Positions 27,666 to 32,000 of a DNA stretch of 32,000 nucleotides are shown here, one piece after another. A model generated the notes under the pieces. It was not told where the DNA came from, did no database searches, and saw only the letters and a list, made by a program, of their open reading frames with translations. Source of the stretch: Halorhodospira halophila SL1 (GTDB taxonomy: Bacteria; Pseudomonadota; Gammaproteobacteria; Nitrococcales; Halorhodospiraceae). The position numbers were made by a program, and so were the translations under genes. Each line of letters begins with the position of its first letter. The first letter of the stretch is position 1. The stretch is taken from positions 660,001-692,000 of the forward strand of contig NC_008789.1 of the NCBI RefSeq assembly GCF_000015585.1, in the 5' to 3' direction.

Positions 27666-28262
27666 TCAGCCGTGCAAACGTTGCGCGATCTCCGCCACAT
27701 GCCGTCCCTGATAACGCGCCAGGGCGAGTTCCTGCTCGTTCGGCTGACGGCTGCCGTCGCCGCCGGCGATGGTACCGGCGCCGTAGGGACTGCCGCCCTT
27801 GACTACCGATAAGTCGGCCAACTCCGGCGCAGCGTAGGACAGGCCGACGATCACCATGCCGTGGTGGGCCAGGGTGTGCCAGAAGGAGGTGATCGTCGTC
27901 TCGTTGCCGCCCCCTGTGCCCGTCGAGGTGAAGACACTGCCGACCTTGCCGATCAGTTGGCCGTTGAACCACAACGACCCGGTCTGGTCGAGGAAGTTGC
28001 GCATCTGTCCGGCCATGTTGCCGAAGCGGGTGGGCGTACCGAAAAGGATCGCGTCGTAATCCGCCAACTCCTCCAGGCTGGCCACGGGGGCCTCCTGATC
28101 GAGCTTGGCGCCCGCCTGCCGGGCCACGTCTTCGGGCATGGTTTCGGGAACACGCTTGATCACCACCTCCGAACCGGCCCCTCGGGCCCCCTCGGCGACC
28201 GCCTGGGCGAGGGTCTCGACATGGCCGTACATGGAGTAATAGAGAACCAGGACCTTGCTCAT
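27666..28262 (-). CDS. wrbA: NAD(P)H:quinone oxidoreductase WrbA (flavodoxin-like)
   Basis: 198 aa: [26 protein letters not shown]...[24 protein letters not shown]...GGNETTI... The start comes from ORF-track frame arithmetic (residue 58 of ORF 27666..28433). My hand count of the printed text put the ATG one nt lower, so treat the start as plus or minus 1 nt. GGGAGG lies upstream. Confidence 0.92.
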   Translation of the reverse strand: MSKVLVLYYSMYGHVETLAQAVAEGARGAGSEVVIKRVPETMPEDVARQAGAKLDQEAPVASLEELADYDAILFGTPTRFGNMAGQMRNFLDQTGSLWFNGQLIGKVGSVFTSTGTGGGNETTITSFWHTLAHHGMVIVGLSYAAPELADLSVVKGGSPYGAGTIAGGDGSRQPNEQELALARYQGRHVAEIAQRLHG

Positions 28263-28553
28263 GGAACCTCCCTGACCGTAGCTAGGTAACCCAGTGACGA
28301 GGTTGATCGCCCCCCGGGGAGCATCGCGAATCCGTTGACAATGCGCAAGATGGCGCCGAGTGTCTTGCGGTGTATCACCGCCAGCGCCGAGAGCCCTTGC
28401 CATGCAACCGCTTGCCGCCCGCTTCTCCGACATCGCCGCCCTCCGCGACGCCCGGGTCGTGGCCCCCTCGTCAAGATGACCATCGCCGGCCTGAGCGCGG
28501 GCTTGCAGAACACTGGCTAGTGGCAGGCACCGCCGAAGGCGGCTTCGGGCAGG

Positions 28554-28931
28554 TCAGGAGACGAGCTGCATCAGCTCACGGTTGACCAGATCGACGTCGC
28601 CGAGGTTGGCCTCCAGCAGACTGCGCAGGTGGACCATGCTGTCCAGATCGATCCGCTCGCAGCGCAGACCGACTTCCCGCTCGTGCCAGTGCGCCGGCTG
28701 CACCTCCATGCGGATCTGGTCCACGTCGCTGAGCCACAGCTCCAGCGTCCAGAAGCTCTCGGGATCGCGGAGCAGGCCCTCTGGCGAGGTCCCGTCGCTG
28801 AGGCGCACCAGTGCACCGCGCATGGACAGATCCAGGACCTCCACCTCGCGCGCGTGGCCGTCGGCGTCCACCAGGCGAGCCGGCGCGTGGAAGGTCACCC
28901 GGCTGAATCGGCGCTTTTCTTGCGTGCCCAT
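28554..28931 (-). CDS. Single-domain PilZ c-di-GMP receptor, MapZ (PA4608)-like
   Basis: The RRFSR (RxxxR) and DLSMRG (D/NxSxxG) c-di-GMP binding motifs are present. The C-terminus RCERIDLDSMVHLRSLLEANLGDVDLVNRELMQLVS resembles my recollection of P. aeruginosa PA4608/MapZ. The start is set to ATG 28931, with GGGAG upstream. Confidence 0.85.
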   Translation of the reverse strand: MGTQEKRRFSRVTFHAPARLVDADGHAREVEVLDLSMRGALVRLSDGTSPEGLLRDPESFWTLELWLSDVDQIRMEVQPAHWHEREVGLRCERIDLDSMVHLRSLLEANLGDVDLVNRELMQLVS

Positions 28932-28968
28932 CCGACTCCCTGTCCCTGTCAAACCATCCGTGGTGAGC

Positions 28969-29841
28969 TTAGCACGCCGCCGCCGTGAGTTCGTCGCGGT
29001 TGCGGGCCGCGTCGAGGGTGTTCTCGAGGAGCGTCGCCACCGTCATCGGACCGACCCCGCCAGGCACCGGCGTGATCCACGAGGCGCGCTGACTGGCCGC
29101 TTCGAAATCGACATCACCGGTGAGCTTGCCGCTGTCCAGGCGATTGATGCCCACATCGATCACCACCGCCCCCTCTCCAATCCAGTCGCCCTGGATCAGC
29201 CCCGGCTTGCCCACCGAAGCCACCACCAGATCCGCCTGACGGACCCGCTCCGCCACGTTGCGGGTGCGGCTGTGGCACACCGTGACCGTGCACCGGGCAT
29301 TGAGCAGCTCCAGGGTCATGGGGCGACCGACGATGTTCGACTGACCGAGAACCACCGCATCCCGCCCCTCCAGCTCGATGCCGGTGTGGTGCAGCAGGGT
29401 CATGACACCCCGCGGCGTGCACGGGCGCAGCCCCGGCAACCGCAACGCCAGACGGCCCATATTCTCGGGGTGAAACCCATCGACATCCTTGACCGGATCG
29501 ATGCGCTCGATGACCGTCTGCTCGTCGATATGACCGGGCAGCGGCAGCTGCACGAGGATGCCATCGATCTCCGGGTCGGCATTGAGCCGATCGATGCGCT
29601 CGAGCAGCTCGCCCTCGCTGACATCGGCGTCCAGATCGTAGGCCCGGGAGAGGATACCGGCCTCCTCACACGCGCGCCGCTTGTTCCGGACGTACACCGC
29701 CGAGGCCGGGTTCTGGCCGACGAGGATGACAGCGAGGCCGGGACGACGCAGTCCGCGTTCGATACGCTGACCGACAGCCTCGCCCACCAGCGCGCGACGC
29801 TTGGCAGCGATGGCCTTCCCATCCAAGATCTGAGCAGGCAT
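28969..29841 (-). CDS. folD: Bifunctional methylenetetrahydrofolate dehydrogenase/cyclohydrolase FolD
   Basis: [16 protein letters not shown]...[29 protein letters not shown]...GILVQLPLP...HPENMGRL...[11 protein letters not shown]...[10 protein letters not shown]-like blocks. The start is set to ATG 29841. Confidence 0.95.
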   Translation of the reverse strand: MPAQILDGKAIAAKRRALVGEAVGQRIERGLRRPGLAVILVGQNPASAVYVRNKRRACEEAGILSRAYDLDADVSEGELLERIDRLNADPEIDGILVQLPLPGHIDEQTVIERIDPVKDVDGFHPENMGRLALRLPGLRPCTPRGVMTLLHHTGIELEGRDAVVLGQSNIVGRPMTLELLNARCTVTVCHSRTRNVAERVRQADLVVASVGKPGLIQGDWIGEGAVVIDVGINRLDSGKLTGDVDFEAASQRASWITPVPGGVGPMTVATLLENTLDAARNRDELTAAAC

Positions 29842-29922
29842 GAATCCCCCGAGAAACCGCGAATAGACGCGGATTTTCGCACGCCGCAGGGGCGCCGGCA
29901 ACGGCGGCACGGGCGGGGGGAA

Positions 29923-29951
29923 TTGACGCCGGGATGCGGGATCGCTATGAT
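29923..29951 (+). promoter_or_regulatory. Candidate sigma70 promoter of the tRNA-Pro/Arg/His cluster
   Basis: TTGACG-n17-TATGAT followed by a GC-rich discriminator (CCCGCATC), about 45 nt upstream of tRNA-Pro. The -10 sits in the loop of a perfect 11-bp inverted repeat, GATGCGGGATC/GATCCCGCATC. Confidence 0.6.
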
Positions 29952-29997
29952 CCCGCATCTAGACCGCAGCGGTCAGCGCGGACATGCGATGACCCTA

Positions 29998-30074
<77 letters not shown>

Positions 30075-30115
30075 CCTGGTCAAACAGGAGGTCGTGGCAA
30101 GGTCTGCCGAGTACT

Positions 30116-30192
30116 GCGCCCGTAGCTCAATCGGATAGAGCATCGGCCTTCTAAGCCGAGGGTTGCAGGTTCGAACCCTGCCGGGCGCGCCA
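30116..30192 (+). tRNA. tRNA-Arg (anticodon TCT)
   Basis: GCGCCCGTAGCTCAATCGGATAGAGCATCGGCCTTCTAAGCCGAGGGTTGCAGGTTCGAACCCTGCCGGGCGCGCCA, with anticodon loop CTTCTAA. Confidence 0.95.
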
Positions 30193-30226
30193 CTAGCGCA
30201 GCGCAGGCAGGGTACAGGTTAACGGT

Positions 30227-30303
30227 GGTGGGCGTAGCTCAGCTGGTAGAGCCCCGGATTGTGGCTCCGGTGGTCGTGGGTTCGAGTCCCATCGCTCACC
30301 CCA
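30227..30303 (+). tRNA. tRNA-His (anticodon GTG) with encoded G-1
   Basis: GGTGGGCGTAGCTCAGCTGGTAGAGCCCCGGATTGTGGCTCCGGTGGTCGTGGGTTCGAGTCCCATCGCTCACCCCA. The extra 5' G pairs with C73, and the anticodon loop is ATTGTGG. Confidence 0.95.
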
Positions 30304-30317
30304 TCTTTCGATGCGCA

Positions 30318-30341
30318 GGCCCGGTCCGCCGGGCCGTTTTC
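30318..30341 (+). terminator. Rho-independent terminator between tRNA-His and tRNA-Lys
   Basis: GGCCCGG-tccg-CCGGGCC followed by GTTTTCG, 15 nt after tRNA-His. Confidence 0.6.
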
Positions 30342-30404
30342 GTCGCCGTCCACGGGGCACCTTGTCCGCCGAGGGACGACTTGGCAGAATAAGCAACGAA
30401 CACT

Positions 30405-30480
30405 GGGCCGCTAGCTCAACTGGTAGAGCAGCTGACTCTTAATCAGTAGGTTGAAGGTTCGAGTCCTTCGCGGCCCACCA
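30405..30480 (+). tRNA. tRNA-Lys (anticodon CTT)
   Basis: GGGCCGCTAGCTCAACTGGTAGAGCAGCTGACTCTTAATCAGTAGGTTGAAGGTTCGAGTCCTTCGCGGCCCACCA, with anticodon loop CTCTTAA and an encoded CCA. Confidence 0.95.
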
Positions 30481-30768
30481 GACAACGACCCGCAGCCATC
30501 ACCGGTATGCGAAGGTAGGTCCGAGCCAGGGGCGAGCCCGCTTTCCTTCCCCGTTGGCGGGCTCCGAAGGGGCCGGTGCTGCGTCCACCGGCCCTTCTCC
30601 CACTTCCTTGTAGACCCCTGGGGCTAAGACGCCTCAGCGTTCATCCTGGCTTCATCCGGTCTCGGTAAGATGCACCTCCCCCGTTGTACCGACTACGGCG
30701 CACCCCAATGCACCGCAGCTCCCTCAGCGTTACCTCAACACATGACTAAGCGCTTCCCGGCACTCTAG

Positions 30769-30987
30769 TCAAGTATCGACATCCTGTGAACGGTCGCGAC
30801 CCGGACCTCGATGCGGACTGCGCGGGTCCGGCAGACTGTCGACCAACCGATGCAACTGGCCCAGATCGGGTTCCAAGTACTGCATCGTCGTCATCAGGCT
30901 GCTATGCCCTAAGAGCTGTTGCAACCCGCGCAGGTCCGGCTGCGGTTGCGCAGCGATCTCGCTCGCGCATGTGTGGCGGAGCCGATG
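30769..30987 (-). pseudogene. Tyrosine recombinase/integrase, C-terminal fragment only (5' part removed by IS insertion)
   Basis: The minus-strand translation is HRLRHTCASEIAAQPQPDLRGLQQLLGHSSLMTTMQYLEPDLGQLHRLVDSLPDPRSPHRGPGRDRSQDVDT-stop. It has the HxLRHT box II and LLGHSSxxTTxxY with the catalytic Tyr. Homology stops at the IS3-type terminus near 30988. Confidence 0.7.
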
Positions 30988-31396
30988 TGGTCTTACCCAG
31001 CGAACGTGGACACGGTGTTAGCTATTAAGCCGGGCCTCGTAGTCGTCCGGGGATAGGTACCCGAGCGTGCTATGAAGACGCCGGCGATTGTAGTAGCCCT
31101 CAATGTATTCGAAGACGGCCTCACGCATCGAGGCCCGCGTGGGGAATTTCTCGCCATGCAGGGCCTCGACCTTCAGGGAACGGAAAAAGCTCTCGTTGCA
31201 GGCATTGTCGTAGCAGCTGCCCTTCGCGCTCATGCTGCTGATCAGCCCGTAGTCGCTGATGAGCCTGCGGTACGCACGGGAGCAGTACTGGCTGCCACGA
31301 TCCGTATGGACGATGACACCCGTAGGGTAGCCTCGCCGTTCCAGGGCCATCTGAAGCGCCTCACAGGCCAGTTCAGCGCTCATCTGCTCGCGCATG
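30988..31396 (-). mobile_element. IS3-family insertion sequence remnant (right-end ~410 bp only)
   Basis: It contains the 3' third of an IS3-type orfB. About 30 bp of terminal sequence follows on the element strand, ending ...CTGGGTAAGACCA (terminal CA, TG on the plus strand at 30988). The upstream two-thirds are missing and are replaced by IS21-type sequence from about 31397. Boundaries are good to a few nt. Confidence 0.7.
31018..31395 (-). pseudogene. IS3-family transposase OrfB, C-terminal (rve/DDE core) fragment
   Basis: [115 protein letters not shown] matches the IS3 OrfB C-terminal region as I recall it, with the second D in HTDRGSQY and the E in [11 protein letters not shown]. It lacks the N-terminal part with the first catalytic Asp, and lacks orfA. 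Confidence 0.8.
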
Positions 31397-31422
31397 GTAT
31401 GGAATAGTCCTCAAGTGGGGGG

Positions 31423-31537
31423 CATGTTCCACGGGAAGTGGGGTGCCGATTCCACGCGAAGCGGGTGTGCTGTTCCACCGGATGTGGGGGGCCGATTCCA
31501 CGGGATGTGGTGGGGCCGTTCCACGGCAATGGGGTGG
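31423..31537 (+). repeat. Five tandem ~22-24 bp imperfect direct repeats (TTCCACGG-n-GTGGGG type) in the IS21-family left end
   Basis: The units are GTTCCACGGGAAGTGGGG, GATTCCACGCGAAGCGGG, GTTCCACCGGATGTGGGG, GATTCCACGGGATGTGGTGGGG and GTTCCACGGCAATGGGG. IS21-family ends are known to carry multiple terminal repeats bound by IstA. Confidence 0.7.
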
Positions 31538-31617
31538 ATAGGCGCGGCGATCGGGGATACTTGGACTCTCCCCACCACCTGCTCCGGAGAGAGTCCATGC
31601 CCACCCCGAGGTCGTCC

Positions 31618-32000
31618 ATGCGCAAAATCCGTGAGGTGCTTCGCCTTCGCTACGAGCTGGGCCTGAGCCAGCCCCGCATCGCCTCCGCCTGCCAGCTGGG
31701 GGTGAACACCGTGTACCGATACCTTCGGCGCGCCCGGGCCGCCGGCCTCGGGTGGCCGCTGCCCGAGGAGCTGGATGATCATGCCCTGGAGCGGCTGCTC
31801 TTTCCGCATCGCTCGGGCGCTCGGACTGACCTCCCGCCGGAACCGGACTGGGAGCAGGTTGCCCGCGAGCTCACTCGCAAGGGTGTCACCCGGCACCAGC
31901 TCTGGCTCGAGTACCGCGAGCAGGAGCCGAAGGGGTACGGCTACTCGGCGTTTTGCGTGCACCTGCGCCGTCATGTGGGCCGAGAGCAGCCGAGCATGGC
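31618..32000 (+). CDS. istA: IS21-family transposase IstA, N-terminal 127 codons (runs off the window)
   Basis: Hand translation gives MRKIREVLRLRYELGLSQPRIASACQLGVNTVYRYLRRARAAGLGWPLPEELDDHALERLLFPHRSGARTDLPPEPDWEQVARELTRKGVTRHQLWLEYREQEPKGYGYSAFCVHLRRHVGREQPSM. It has the HTH N-terminus and the RKGVT..LW.EY...YSYS.FC pattern of IS21/IS408-type IstA. An alternative in-frame ATG lies at 31597. It is absent from the ORF track because it has no stop in the window. Confidence 0.8.
   Translation, partial: MRKIREVLRLRYELGLSQPRIASACQLGVNTVYRYLRRARAAGLGWPLPEELDDHALERLLFPHRSGARTDLPPEPDWEQVARELTRKGVTRHQLWLEYREQEPKGYGYSAFCVHLRRHVGREQPSM

Larger units (their letters stand above)
31397..32000 (+). mobile_element. 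IS21-family insertion sequence, left end and start of istA (continues beyond the window)
   Basis: A terminal region with multiple direct repeats is followed by an IstA-type ORF. Its insertion truncates the IS3 orfB. The left boundary is approximate (TG at about 31395-31397). Confidence 0.75.

Noticed and set aside
28259-28262. One-nucleotide disagreement between my hand count of the printed sequence and the ORF-track frame for the wrbA start (and for ORF 28335..28520)
   Set aside because: I attribute it to my misreading of a homopolymer run rather than to a real frameshift. The ORF-track frames are internally consistent and the WrbA product is full length, so no pseudogene call was made.
31423-31537. 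Possible CRISPR array or plasmid iterons, because of five regularly spaced repeats
   Set aside because: The units are contiguous (period about 22-24 bp) with no unique spacers. They sit exactly between an IS terminus and an IS21-type istA, consistent with the transposase-binding terminal repeats of that family.
31411-31974. 187-aa minus-strand ORF in the IS21 region
   Set aside because: It is antisense to a clear IstA N-terminal reading frame and has no transposase-like motifs.

Overview
Visibly GC-rich (roughly two-thirds G+C by eye) chromosomal segment with gammaproteobacterial core synteny. Nearly all of it is housekeeping. The minus strand carries tRNA-Leu, tig, clpP, clpX, lon, hupB, tRNA-Val, tRNA-Asp and ppiD in the classical order, plus scpA (partial), trpS, yciO, der, the yejABEF peptide ABC importer, a permease/thioredoxin-like/tspO cluster, an alanine:cation symporter, wrbA, a MapZ-like PilZ protein and folD. 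The plus strand carries yciI, an orphan PP2C phosphatase, fabI, a membrane hypothetical followed by a FliL-like gene, and a tRNA-Pro/Arg/His/Lys cluster. Strongly acidic proteins such as PpiD hint at a halophile of the Ectothiorhodospiraceae/Chromatiales type; this is inference only. The only clearly accessory DNA follows tRNA-Lys (30481 to the end). There, a tyrosine-recombinase 3' fragment is cut by an IS3-family remnant, which is itself cut by an IS21-family element running off the window. The most unusual signals are: (1) a structured repeat of about 210-245 bp, present twice in opposite orientation in convergent intergenic gaps, with a conserved core but non-homologous, compensating stems; (2) a 97-codon ORF for a Gly/Asp/Glu-rich protein with no basic residue, with a strong SD and a near-consensus sigma54 promoter embedded in a hairpin; (3) a TrpRS with a C-terminal Cys cluster resembling the [4Fe-4S] TrpRS motif; (4) a PpiD lacking the parvulin domain. 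Long antisense ORFs in the six-frame track are treated as GC-driven artefacts. Coordinates were checked by ORF-frame arithmetic. Promoter and terminator calls are motif-based only.
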